From Takakia lepidozioides (lineage: Eukaryota > Plantae > Bryophyta): a DNA stretch of 64,000 bases. A model generated the notes under the pieces. The model searched no databases and was not told the DNA's origin. It saw nothing but the letters and a program-made list of their open reading frames with translations. Positions 13,401 to 25,265 of this stretch are shown in pieces; positions within the stretch are counted from its first letter, which is position 1, and every line of letters starts with the position of its first letter. The DNA lies in the NCBI GenBank assembly GCA_030704615.1, contig CM060731.1:9610001-9674000 (forward strand). The letters run 5' to 3'. A program made the translations under genes and the position numbers.

Positions 13401-14011
13401 TCAAGAATGATTTGGGCAATAATTGGACCAGACACAATGATCGGAGACTTAGCAGCAGTGCCCTGTAACCTCTTCATCTCGTCCACCAGTCCATTGTACA
13501 TTAACTCCGCCCAAGCGACATCCTCTCCCCTCAAAGCTTTCAGGATCTCCTCTGTGAATGACCTGCTCAAATACTGTTGGTTCTGTTTCATGGCAAATAG
13601 AACGTTCAATATTTGGCCAACTTCCCTAAGCCCTGGGTACTCGGCTTTGGTACAAGCGTAACCTTGTGTTTTAAAGAAACTCCCTTCTTGGAACAAATTC
13701 CCTATCTGCAATCTTGCCCTGTGCTCATCCACATCCACATGACCTGATGGCAAATCAAACAATTGTTGCAGGTACTGGGGAGTAATTTCTATATCTACTC
13801 CCCTCACCTGAGTAACTCCCGTCTGAGGCTCAAAGTTCTGAAGAAATTGAATCATATACTGCCGATGATGCAAGGACCAGTCCTTGCGTAGCAGCCCCTC
13901 CAATCACAACTCCCTTAGCAGCTGTACTGCCTGCGGTGCTGCTATTGTTTGCTTCTGCAGAATCGTGGTGCTCTTCACCTTGATATCCTCCATTCCCCTC
14001 ACTCTCTTCAT
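10479..14011 (-). pseudogene. Retrotransposon extra ORF (~1,180 codons): Athila-ORF1/plant-transposon-like N-terminal domain, acidic linker, coiled coil, aromatic-rich unknown domain, RS-rich tail
   Basis: ORFs 14011-13904, 13903-12647, 12665-11907 and 11891-10590 join through 3 in-frame stops and 1 frameshift. Motif QFLQNF..TQVRGVDIEITPQYLQQLFDLP. The tail is conserved in the copy at 24458-25265. Confidence 0.75.
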
Positions 14012-14386
14012 TCTAGACAAACAAAAAGGCTTTGTTTGAAACAGCTGAAGGAAAGCTTGCAGGGCACAGAGCATGAAGGTATGGTTGGCACAGAATTGAA
14101 CAAGTAAGTGCGTGTAAGCCTGTGGGGAAAATATATATCGAGTGAGAGAAAATATACTCTCAATGCTTCCGTCCTTGCACCACTGCGTGAGAAGTAAAGC
14201 GAGTGTGTAATCCGTTACATCTGCCATAGCTACAAACCTAGTGCTTTGATTGCCCCTTCCGTCGAGACCTTGGCTATTCAAAGCCACCCCGACTCTTCCG
14301 CTCATAACACTTCCTATTTCTTGTTCTTGTTTCTTGGAGGGAACCACCTGCATGTAATTCGCACTCCTGATTGAGCCTATCACAGC

Positions 14387-14544
14387 CCATCACAACGTGA
14401 CACAACCTATCACAGCCCATCACAGCGTCACACAGCCTATCACAGTGTGACACAGCCTATCACAGCCCATCACAGCGTGACACAATCTATCACAGCCCAC
14501 CACAGTGCCACACAGCCTGTCACAGTCCAACACAGCCCATACAG
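14387..14544 (+). repeat. 10-bp-period array (CACAGCCNNN)n between pol and the extra ORF
   Basis: CACAGCCCAT, CACAGCGTGA, CACAGCCTAT; about 16 units; reverse complement of the LTR array motif. Confidence 0.95.
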
Positions 14545-14949
14545 ATTACACAGTCCATAGGGTCAGTGACAGGTGGACGCGAATTAACGTTAGAAAAGTG
14601 GCCATCGAGTGAAGAGGAAGTTGTTTGGAAGTCAAACTTGGAGAATATGCCAGGCGGAGAGGGGAAGTCGGGGGCATGTTTAGAAACGGACACGTGGCCA
14701 CTAAGGCATGGCACACCGCACTGCATCAATTGCAAAAAAAGGTCTCATCATGCAAACAGACAAATCGGGCCGTCAAAGTACCTACCCGGTACAACAGCTA
14801 ATACTAATTGTGGGCCCATTAATGCATTCAGTGTAAGGGTAACGGAACCCTTTCCGAGTACAAAAAAAAGAAACCTATGCCACATGTGCTGTCCTACTGG
14901 ACATTCCAGGTGGGAACGTCCATGGAGGGGGGTGGAATTAAGAAATTAC

Positions 14950-16610
14950 CTAAGCGTGACACTTGTACTTCCCGCCTTGGTCATACACGCTCGGCTTAAC
15001 GACAAGTGCTCCATACTCTGTTGGTATCACTGGCGCAGCCCATGACTGCTTTTGCGTTTCAACATGCAAATCGTGCTGCAATGGTTTGTCATGGATACCA
15101 CTGTACCCCTTCAACTTATTGGCATTGACTCTTCCCAGCATCTCTTTGTTAATGGTTGGTAACATGACAGTGTTGTTATCATACATCTTCTGTATGACAT
15201 AAGGTCCTTTCCATGGTGATTTAAGCTTAGAAGCTTTAATCTTCCCCTTCTTCTGCAACCAGAGAACCAAATCTCCCGTCTTAAAAGTCTTTAATTTGCC
15301 TTCATCAAACTGTTCATTCCTCTTCATCTGAATTCTGGTCATGTTATCAGCTGCATCAGCACGTACTTCTTCCACATGGTATAATTCATGTTTCCTGACC
15401 TTAATTGAATCTTCCAATTCCATTCTCTTTCCCCATTCAGTTCTCATGGTAGGTAACAAGAATTCCACTGGAAGTAAAGCTTCCATACCATAAACTAATT
15501 GGAATGGTGTATACTTAGTGGTGACTTTATATGAAGTCATGTATGACCACAAAGCTGTCAGCAACTTTGTATCCCAATCCGTTCTGTTTGCATTGACTAT
15601 CTTAGCCAAGATAGTACATAGTATTTTGTTGGTAGCCTCTGCCTGCCCATTACCCTGTGGGTAATATGTTGTACTCTTCCTATGCACAATCATGAACTCT
15701 TTAGTCAATAGTTCAATGGTCTCATTAATGAAGTGACTTCCCTGGTCACTAATAAATTCCAGGGGACAGCCAAATCGTGTAAGTATGTTCTCATACATGA
15801 ACCTTGTTGTGGACTTGGCTGTGTTGTCCCTCAGAGCTTTAGCTTCCACCCACTTTGTAGTATAATCAGTGGCTGTAATTATGTACTTGTTTTGTGTATT
15901 CTTGGCTGGTGGATTAATTGGGCCAACAAAGTCTAGTCCCCATTTCTGAAATGGTTCAGTAGGCATCGTAGGATGCAAAGCCATCTTCCCAGATCTTTGC
16001 AAAGGTCCTAGCCTCTGACATTCATCACAACTCTGACAATACTTGTGTACATCTTTGAACAAAGTAGGCCACCAGTAACCTGCAAGTAGTATCTTCCTAC
16101 AGATAGTCTCTTCTCCAAAATGACCTCCGGCCACTCCTTTATGAACTTCCTCCAAAACTTTATTTACTTCATGGTGGTACAAGCATATTTTAAGTACTCC
16201 ATCAGGTCCTAGCTTATACATTCTGCCCCCTACCATAGTATAAGGTAAAGCCTTGATAGCGATTCTCTTCCTTTGCTCCTAACCATAACTAGGTGGGCAC
16301 TGACCATGAGTAAGGTAGCATCTGATTGGCCACTGCCAATCTAACCATTCATCTGCACTTCCCTGCACCTCCATTGCAAATAAACTCGCATCAGGTAATT
16401 GGTCATCTACTCCTGTGGCGGGCTCTCCTGTTGTTAGGCGTGACAAATGATCTCCCACAAGATGCAAACGGCCAGGCTTGTAAACAACTTCGAACTCAAA
16501 CTCGTGCAAGATTATTAACCACCTTGCTATCCTTCCACTTATCAAAGGTTTGTTCACCAGATATATCAGAGCCTGGTGATCCACATAAAACATAAACTTT
16601 CTTCCCCTAT
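14950..16610 (-). pseudogene. Gypsy pol 3' part: RNase H end + integrase
   Basis: YVDHQALIYL..GRIARWLIIL..DHLSR; HHCC motif (H..GGHFG...CDECQR); [29 protein letters not shown]. Confidence 0.93.
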
Positions 16611-16614
16611 GAAT

Positions 16615-19600
16615 TCTCAGGCCAATTTTCTGGACCATATTCAGCCCAAATTGTGCCAGAAGAAGACAACTCAATGGCGAAGCTTATCTTTGTCGTCTGG
16701 TTCAATTGGCATTTTGTTGATGAACTCTTCAGCCTCATCTCATCGGCGTACACGGCCAAGAAGGTCCACAATGCAGCAAAAATGCTCCACTGTAGGAGTG
16801 AGGCCGTGATCTCTACTCATGGAACCAAACAAGTGGTGGCTACAAGCAGAGAGAAGAGAAACGAAGGTGATACCATCTGGCTTCAAGCCTTCCTACTGCA
16901 TCTGTTCAAATAGTTGGAAGGCCTCTGTACTACACCCATGCTGAGCATATCCTGCAATTATGGCATTCCATGCTTGCTGAACCATATTTTCAAACACTTG
17001 ATGTGCATCGTGAAAACTCCCACATTTGGCATACATGTTAACAAGGGCATTATCCAAGTTAAGATATGACACAACCCCAGCTTTGTTAATATCAGCATGG
17101 ACCCGCGTGCCCTTTTTCTAGGGCCCCTAGACTGGCACATGCATTGACAACAGAAACAAACGTGACCCTGTTCGGTGTCATCACGTCCAGTTCCATTTGC
17201 TTGTATCTTGAAAGCCTCTTCAGCATAGCCATGCTCAGCATATCCTATAATCATGGCATTCCATGAGACCACATCTCATTCAGGCATTTTGTTTAAAACC
17301 TGACGTGCATCTTTTCCGCTCCCACATTTGGCATCAAGAAGGTTGTTCTCCACTTTAATATCCTGCAATCACTGCACTCCATGAGGGCTTCACCACTTCC
17401 CCCATCATTTGTTCATAGGTCTCCAAAGCCTCCCTTCGCATCCTCGATCCACCCACATTTGGCATATGTCCATCAGGGCAGTGTTCAGGATGAATCTGGT
17501 GCAATTCCAGCTTTGACGATGTCACCACGGACCTCTTTCCCATTTTCCAGGGCTCCCAGGTTTGCACACGCATTGCAACCTTGGTACAATTCCAGCTTTG
17601 ATGATGTCACCATGGACCTCTTTCCCCTTTTCTAGAGCTCCCCGGCTTGCACACGCATTGCAAACACAAATGAACGTGATGTGGTTGGGCTTCACCCCTT
17701 GATGCATCATTTGCTCAAAGGTCTCCAAAGCATTCCTACCACACCTGTGCTTGGTAAATCCTGCCAACATTATGTTCCACATGATCAAACATCGTTGAGG
17801 CATTCTGTTGAACACTTGGTGAGCATCACCAACATCTCATTCCTCCATATTGTCTAACACTCCCTTTGCATGCTCGATGCTCCCACATTTGGCATACATG
17901 TCCACCAGGGGGTATTGTTCAGGATCACATCTGGTACGATTCCAGCTTTGACGATGTCGCCATGCACCTCTTTGCCCAGAAATGCCAGAAGAGGCATTGT
18001 GGACTCTCTCTCTTGATCCTCTTCCAGAGGCTGTGGTCATGGTTGAAGTGCCTGATTTTATCAACTGTGCCGCTGCAGCTGTTGCCTTTAGTTGACCATC
18101 TACCCATGCAGGTTTCTTGTAGCTATTGATCCACAGGGAATCATAGGTAATCTTGTGCTTGAAATCTAGCCCTCTTGGATGCACACTCTACCCATGCTCC
18201 TTCAACTATCCATGCCTCTGCACAAATCATGCATTCATCTTTGCCTTGCTGCTAACAGCTGACAATAACAGCCTAGATTTGTTCTAGGAAACACCCAACT
18301 CAGCTTATCACACTAGTTCCTATGCTCATTGCGTCTGCTACTCACTGTAATCCAACAGGCATCCACCTCTTTGCCTCGATTATCCCACCATTGACTAGGG
18401 TCAGAAAAGTATTCTTTCCACAGCTTCTCATCGTCTCTCTTACCTGTTTCTGGATACTTTGGCAGTATCATGTCAAAGTCACTCCATCCCTGCTCCTTCA
18501 GCTATCCATGCCTCTGCACAAATCATGCATACATCTTTGCCTTGCTGCTAGCAACATACAATGACAACCTAGAATTCTTCCAGCAAACACCCTTGCACTT
18601 AACATACATGTTGACGAGGGTGCTGAGGAGAAAAACATTTGGCATGAATCCACTTTGGATAATGTGAGTGTGCACCTGCTTTCCAGCTTCCAGGCCTTTC
18701 ACCTTGATGCACTTATGCAAGAGACAGACATATGTTTCTGAATCTGCTGAAATGCCTCCTTGGTTTAAAGTCTGTAGAGCCTCTTTCAGTCTGCCTACCT
18801 CACAAAGCATCTTCACATGCCCAGAAGTGCCAGAAGTGGCATTGTGGACTCCCTCTCTTGATCCTCTTTCAGAAGCTGTGGTGATGGATGACGTGCCTGA
18901 TTTCATCAACTGTGCCGCTGCAACTGCTGCATTCAGTTGACCATCTACCCAGAGAGACCACATATAAAGGTGATATTGTCCGGCTTCAAGCCGTTCTTTT
19001 ACATTCCTTCAAATAGTTGCAGGACCTCCCTATGACAACCATGTTGGGCATATCCTGCGATCATGGAATTCCACGACACCACATTTCGTTCAATCATCCT
19101 GTCGAACACTCCCTTTGCATCCTCGATGCACTCACATTTGACATACAGATCCAGCAGGGCATTGTTCAGGATGACATCTGGTACAAATCCAGCTTTGACG
19201 ATGTCCCATGGACCTCATTGCACCTTTCCAGGGCTGCCAGGCTTGCACAAGCATTGCAAACGCAAACAAATGTGATGTGGTTGGGCTTCACCCTTTCGCA
19301 CATCAATCGCTCATAGGTCTCCAAAGCCTCCATCCCGCCCCTTGCTGTGCATATCCTGCAATCATCGCCCTCCACGACACCACATTTCTTTCAGCCATAC
19401 TGTCGAACACTCCCTTTGCATCCTAGATGCACTCACATTTGACATACATGTCCAGCAGGGCAGTGTTCAGGATGACATCTCGTACAAATCCAGCTTTGAC
19501 GATGTCACATGCATGGACCTCATTGCACCTTTCCAAAGCTGCCAGGCTTGCACACGCATTGCAAATGCACACAAACGTTATGCGGTTGGGCTTCACCCTT

Positions 19601-20950
19601 CGCACATCAATTGCTCATAGGTCTCCAACGCCTCCATCCCGCGCCCTTGCTGTGCATATTCCGTAATCATCGCCCTCCACGACACCACATCTCCTTCAGC
19701 CACACTGTCGAAAACTTCCTTTGCATCCTCGATGCACTCACATTTGACATACATGTCCAGCAGGGCAGTGTTCAAAATGACATTGGGTACAATTCCAGAT
19801 GTGACGATGTCACCATGGACCACTTTGCACCTTTCCAGAGCTGCCAGGCTTGCACACGCATTGCAAATGCAAACAAACGTTATGCGGTCGGGTTTCACCC
19901 CTTCCCCCATCATTTGCTCATAGGTCTCTGAAGCCTCCATCCCACCCCTTGTTGTGCATATCCTGCAATCATCGCCCTCCATTACTCCACATTTCTTTCA
20001 GCCATACTGTCGAAAACCCCCTTTGCATTCTTGACGCACTCACATTTGACATACATGTCCAGCAGGGCTGTGTTCAAGATGACATCTGGTACAAATCAGC
20101 TTTGACAATATCACCATGGACCTCATTGCACCTTTCCAGGGCTGCCAGGCTTGCACACGCATTGCAAATGCAAACAAACATCAACAAGCTTCTCCTCATC
20201 TATGTTATCTGTTTTTGGATATTTTCCTGCTGCCACATCGGCAGTAACTTGTCAAAGTCACTCCTAACCACCACAGATACACCCAACGAGCCCATGGAGA
20301 CCTGCTAGCAACTGACACTGACCAACCCAATTCTGAATTGCATCTGTTTCTCTCTGTATCCAATAGGCATTCACCTTTTTGTCTCCATTGTCCCACCATC
20401 GACTGGGGTCGGAAAAGTGAAATGGTGCAGCTAGGCAGGCAGAGATTGAAACACGGCGCATACATATTGACAAAGATAGTCTCCAGAATGATATCTGGTG
20501 CAATTCCAGCTTCCATAATGTCAACATGGACCTATGTACCTTTTTCCAGGGCTTCTAGGCTGGCACAAGCATTGAGAATAGAAATGAATGTAATGTTGTT
20601 GGGTGTTCATACATCTGGCAAGCCGCCCTACCACAGCCATGCTAATCATATCTTGCAATTATCAGACGCATCTCAGGGCCGAGTCTGATGAGAGGGAAAA
20701 ACAGGCTGAAATAGGTCGAAGAAGAAGGTGCCCTCACCACATTGTCCTTGACCTTGTGTCATGACCCATGGATGATTTGACGGACCATCAACCCAAAAGG
20801 ACCTCTTGTGTGTGCTGCTTTTGTCTGTAGTCAAGTAATGTCGGATTGGTCTGTGAGAACCACCACGGTGCAGCTGAGCAGGTAGAGATTGAAACACGGC
20901 ATGCTAAGACCAAGCTAAATCTCCCAAGAACCTTGTAAACATCAGGAAGA
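16615..20950 (-). pseudogene. Mosaic of degenerate PLS-class PPR gene fragments interleaved with repeated N-terminal/non-repeat modules
   Basis: VSWNAMIIGYAEHG, GVKPNHITFICVCNACAS, LVDMYAKCG, HFCCIVDLLGR..EAEEFINKMPIEPD (about 16690-16790) and MLCEVGRLKEAL; many frameshifts. Confidence 0.9.
18965..20180 (-). repeat. About four tandem ~304-bp PLS-triplet units
   Basis: Variants of CCTGCAATCATCGCCCTCCA recur at about 19355, 19660 and 19962; each unit encodes ..[26 protein letters not shown]. Confidence 0.85.
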
Positions 20951-20952
20951 AT

Positions 20953-21686
20953 ACCATCTGCGATTGAATTTGCTTCCCCCTCTTTAGTGTCACCATCAGG
21001 CTTTCTCTTTCTGACCCCACATTTCCATTTCGTTTCAGATTTCTTAGACTCATTATCTTTCCTGAAGCCTGCAAGCACCCATAACTGCTCAAGAACTTTG
21101 TTCTTTAAAGACAGTCTAGATAAGTCATGCAAAAGGAAGACATAGAATGTACTCATGAGATGATGTTGTCATAGACCCTACGCCCAGTTTGGGTAGAACA
21201 AGAGGGAACAGACGCTACCTTTGTCAGGGGCTCACTCCAGTAGTGGGACTTACCTTGGTATAAACAGCTTTCTAGGTTCTCCTAGAAATCCCTTCACACG
21301 AGCATCAATCTGCTGTGTGTGAGCTGCCCAGCAATTAGACCCCAACAAGGGCCAGGGAAGACGCACAGAGTGTGAGAAAGACTAGTGCCTTTGTTGACTT
21401 TTTTGGCTTTTTCAAACTTCTGAGGTGTTCCCTGAAGAGGTTTTCTACTAGAGTTTGATCTGGCACCTTGCCCCATAAGGAAAGACAGAACAAAAAACTC
21501 AAATAATCCACTTAAGTCATCACTGCAAATCATCATGAGAGTGAGAGAGAGATATAACCATACACACCTGCAAGTGCAGCTCTCAAGGGCTCACAAAACT
21601 CGGTGAGGTCCAGCTCCTCAACAGCTTTGAGCACATCCTCAGCATTGATGGTTTGTCGCTTTGATTCACGACATATTTCATTTGCT
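20953..21686 (-). pseudogene. Captured two-exon fragment of a histone-fold DPB4/POLE3 (NF-YB11-like) gene, intron retained
   Basis: Exon 21686-21568 reads ANEICRESKRQTINAEDVLKAVEELDLTEFCEPLRAALA. A GT..AG intron follows, then an exon from 21068 reading GFRKDNESKK... in matching phase. Both sides abut PPR-mosaic modules. Confidence 0.82.
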
Positions 21687-22113
21687 CTGTTACAGCAGAG
21701 ACCATCCCTGGTGTGTTCATTGGTCCATCCTTTCCTTCCCTCCCCCTCATCTCTTTCCCTCTTTTCCTCTCTTTTCGAATCATAGTTAATCTGGAGCTTG
21801 AAATCCGGCCCTTTTGGATGAATCTGGACCCACACTCGATCCTTGCTCCTTCAGCTATCCATGTCTGTGCTTGCAAGGTGAACGATGGCGGAAAACACAG
21901 AGTTCCTGCAGTTCAAGAAGATTAAGATCCGGGCATTGCGGGCAGTTCCAAAAACGTTGGCGCGGAGATTTCTATTGGCCTATTTCACGTGGGCCGTCCG
22001 GGCAGATTCCAAAGAAATTGACGACGACGATGACCTGGCTACGATGACGTGTCTACGATGACCTGGTTACGATGACCTGGCACTATGGCACCCTATTCCT
22101 GCTCTACGCTAAA

Positions 22114-22141
22114 CTAGCTTCCGACCTTCGGTCGTCGCTAG
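22114..22141. other. GC hairpin bracketed by CTAG, possible Helitron-type terminus
   Basis: CTAGCTTC-CGACCTTCGGTCG-TCGCTAG; preceded by four GATGAC(C/G)TG motifs at about 22029-22080. Confidence 0.4.
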
Positions 22142-22559
22142 AATTTAAACACAATACTCCAAGCTCACTCTTTAACATGGCCTGGCAGTTAGAATTCTTT
22201 GTTTTCAAAAATTCATAAGTCCCTGCTACATTCTTTGATTCACTTTCTGTAAAGCATCAGCTGTAACCTAAGCTTTACTCCACAAGATTCTAGAATTATT
22301 TTGTGAATCAAAGTTCATAAAAAGGTTTTTAACTCAAATCGTAGCTGCTCATAATTTAAAAAAAAAACTATTTGCAGTCAAGAATTGCCCTTGTTCAAAA
22401 ATTCATAATTCTGCACTCACCACTTGTTTTCCTTAAATTTGGATCAGATTCCCATTGACATTCTTCCTTCTATGAGATTCAATCAGCACCTCTTCTAGAT
22501 CATCCAAACACTAATTAAGGTCTCAGCTTGAAGTTAGTAATTTAAGCAATAAGATTGGA

Positions 22560-23900
22560 TGTGCTGGGCCAACAAAGAAAACAACTAAGTCACATCCTAC
22601 TATGATTTTCCAGTTGAAAATCGATAGGGCGGTATTCTGATGATTAGCCGCCTTCAACTTAAGTACCCCAGGCTCGTTACATGGAAAAGATAGAAGAGAA
22701 CAGAGCATGGAAGAAAGAAGCAAAAGAAAACAACCAACCAAAACGAGACAATTTTACAATGATTTGGCAGTAGCTTAGGAGTGCTAGATTTCCAGGGTCG
22801 TTTCCCCTAGCGCGGCGTAAATCTAGGACTGTCTAGGATACCTGAAATTCAGATTCAAGGCTGTCTCTATAGAACTCCAAGTAGGTATAGAGGGTAATCT
22901 TATACAACATAATCAACTACTCGAGGTAGATTTTCTTCACACGGTGCTCACCCGAACACTAGTCCCAAGTTGATGTAGTTGATGGTGCAGGTTTGATGAA
23001 TTCTGCTCACGGACTAATCTGAATTGTTATGGTACGAACGATCTATCAGATTATAAGAGGGTATGTACACGAACACTCAAAGGAAATCTAGACAATAACA
23101 CTTATCTACTTCAAGCATGCAAGTCTCGGTGTACCACACGACTCACGTCCACTAACACGGCACCTTGATCCCCACGGCTTGCGGTTGTAATATTTACTCA
23201 AAAACAGTTCACTATACACCTTGCTTCTTCACTACAACATCTAGCCTACACTAAAACGAAGAAAGAGAGCGAAGAGGAAGAGAGGGAGCGAGAGAAATAA
23301 GAACTCGATTGTCTGTTCTCTCTTTCGCCGGCTGATTTATATCAGTCCGTCGCCCTACATCCGTCACTTGTTTTGACCACTTTCATCCATCCATTTCTCC
23401 AAAAAATAATAAATTATTACTGGTGCATTTAAGCACCGACACCTAGTTAGAGTTTTTAATTAATTTTCCCTAGAGTGTTCATTAATATAAGATTTTTTTT
23501 TTTTGTTTTAATCCTTCAGATCTGCGCCCTCCACCTGAACGGTCCAGATCGAACCATGTGTTTTTTCCTCCATCCATTGTCATCCGTCCAGAGATCCAGC
23601 CCATAATCCATCCATCCATGGTCCCATCCGCTGATTTCATCCATTTTCATTCTTCCTCATAATTTTCATCTATCTGTAACTTTCATCCATTCAGGGACAT
23701 GACCAACTTAAATTGATACATGAACCGTTTTAAATCCTCATGAATGTTGCTCCTCATCCATGTCATTCATCCATTTGGGAAGTGGGGATCGCTACCCTTG
23801 ATAAACCAATATCCAGCGGTTCACATTTATCATTGTTTTCCCATTAGATCCCTTTCTCGTACTATGTTGAGATCGGGGAGAGGTTCCCATGCTTGAAGTA
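22560..23900 (-). repeat. LTR-like/TE-derived non-coding segment with clustered TCATCCAT motifs; boundaries uncertain
   Basis: On the minus strand a TATA-like ATATAAAT (about 23340) is followed by a CT-rich tract; many CATCCAT motifs at 23380-23775. Confidence 0.35.
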
Positions 23901-23949
23901 ACGAGTTGTAGCGTTGTTCTAACTAACTAATTGTCACCTAAGAAGTAAA

Positions 23950-25265
23950 CACGTTCCTTCTGCAGATGTCGTTCCCACAGAGTCGTTCCCTGCCAATGAT
24001 AACCGTTTCCTATGTACGCTGTGACGGGTTGTGCCTAACTGTGTCGGGCTATGACTGGTTGTGTGAAACTGTACGAAGTTGTGTCGGGTTGTATCGTGCT
24101 GTGTCTGGCTGTGCGAAGCTGTGTCGAGCTATGATAGACTGTGAATAACTGTGATAGGCTGTGATTGACTGTGACAGACTGTGTAAGGCTGTGTCGGACT
24201 GTGTAAGGCTGTGTATGGTTGTGATAGACTATGATAGGCTGTGTACGACTGTGTAAGACTGTGACTGAGTGTGTAAGCCTGTCTACCACCCCTAAAACAT
24301 GTGTTTGTCACCCCTAAGGCCTCTGTTGGTCTAAGTCTACCATCCGTAAGTCTGCGCAAAAATTAAGGGTACCCCACAGAACCCATAAAAGTGTCTAAGT
24401 CCCAGACAGCCCTCTAACATTACTCCTCCCCCTCTCAAAAAGTCGTGTCCTCACGGTTTATTGTTTAGGATCAGCAAACCTTTGTGAGCGAGCACCCTTT
24501 TGTCGGTGAGAGTCTCTTGAAGGGCTCTGTGTGCGAGCTCGAGCCCTGTCACTGGCTGATGGAGATGAATGACGACTAGCTGGAACTGCCAACCCTGTGT
24601 TAGTTTGAGAAAAAGGTAAATGTTGTGGTATAGGAGATCCCCGTCGTCTTTTGTCCGCCATTGCTAATTCATACTCCTCCGCCATGTCCAAATCGCCCTC
24701 CACTGAACCAGTAGTATCAGAATCATCTTCCCCCCTGAGGTGTTTCACTGGCCGAACTTTAAGTTGCTCCTCAGGAATCCTGCGTGACATACAGTGTTCG
24801 CCCACCATGTCAGGAATCTTAAACTGTACTACTTACTTTAATCGCTTACAAGCAAAATGAGTGAACTCCCTGAACTCCTTGGCCGTATAGATAAAGGTGT
24901 GCCAATGACTTTGGAACAGTATAAGTATTTCCAGGCTTCATGTCCCTTATAGAAAAAAATATCATCAGGGCCCAATTTCTCTGTGGCCAAGTTGTTCCAA
25001 GCCAAGTTAAACCATGAACGAAGCTAGGAATCCTTCTGCATCATGACTTTCGCATCATACAGATACATATGGGGTGGAACTGAAGGTAAGACCCCATGAT
25101 CCTCACTGGAATAACTCAGAAATCATGATTGCATCTTCTGCTGCTCAATGTGATAACGCGCAATGAAACAAGCAACATAGTATAATCCACAGCCCATGAC
25201 AATACTAGATACTTCCTTGGTCTTGGTGTAGATGTACCTATGAACAACCTGGAAGGCAATTAATT
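23950..25265 (-). mobile_element. Second, diverged fragment of gypsy element A (end of extra ORF, PPT, start of LTR)
   Basis: Collinear with 10050-11275; LTR start TGTTAGAGGG at 24419; extra ORF stop at 24458. Confidence 0.9.
24020..24280 (+). repeat. 10-bp-period array in the LTR of copy 2
   Basis: About 26 units in exact 10-nt register, e.g. GTGTCGGGCT, GTGATAGGCT, GTGTAAGACT. Confidence 0.95.

Larger units (their letters stand above)
9642..16610 (-). mobile_element. Ty3/gypsy LTR retrotransposon A, 3' half (non-chromoviral, Athila/Phygy/Selgy-like), with an extra ORF
   Basis: Order on the minus strand: RNase H, integrase, 10-bp array, extra ORF, PPT, LTR starting TGTTAG. No chromodomain; 5' half missing. 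Confidence 0.85.

Noticed and set aside
23230-23240. CACTACAACAT as another CACTA end
   Set aside because: Only 10 nt match, there are no subterminal ATGACT repeats, and the orientation is wrong to pair with 9108.
23107-23900. 13-bp inverted repeat TACTTCAAGCATG as MITE TIRs
   Set aside because: No TSD and no known TIR signature; it could be chance.
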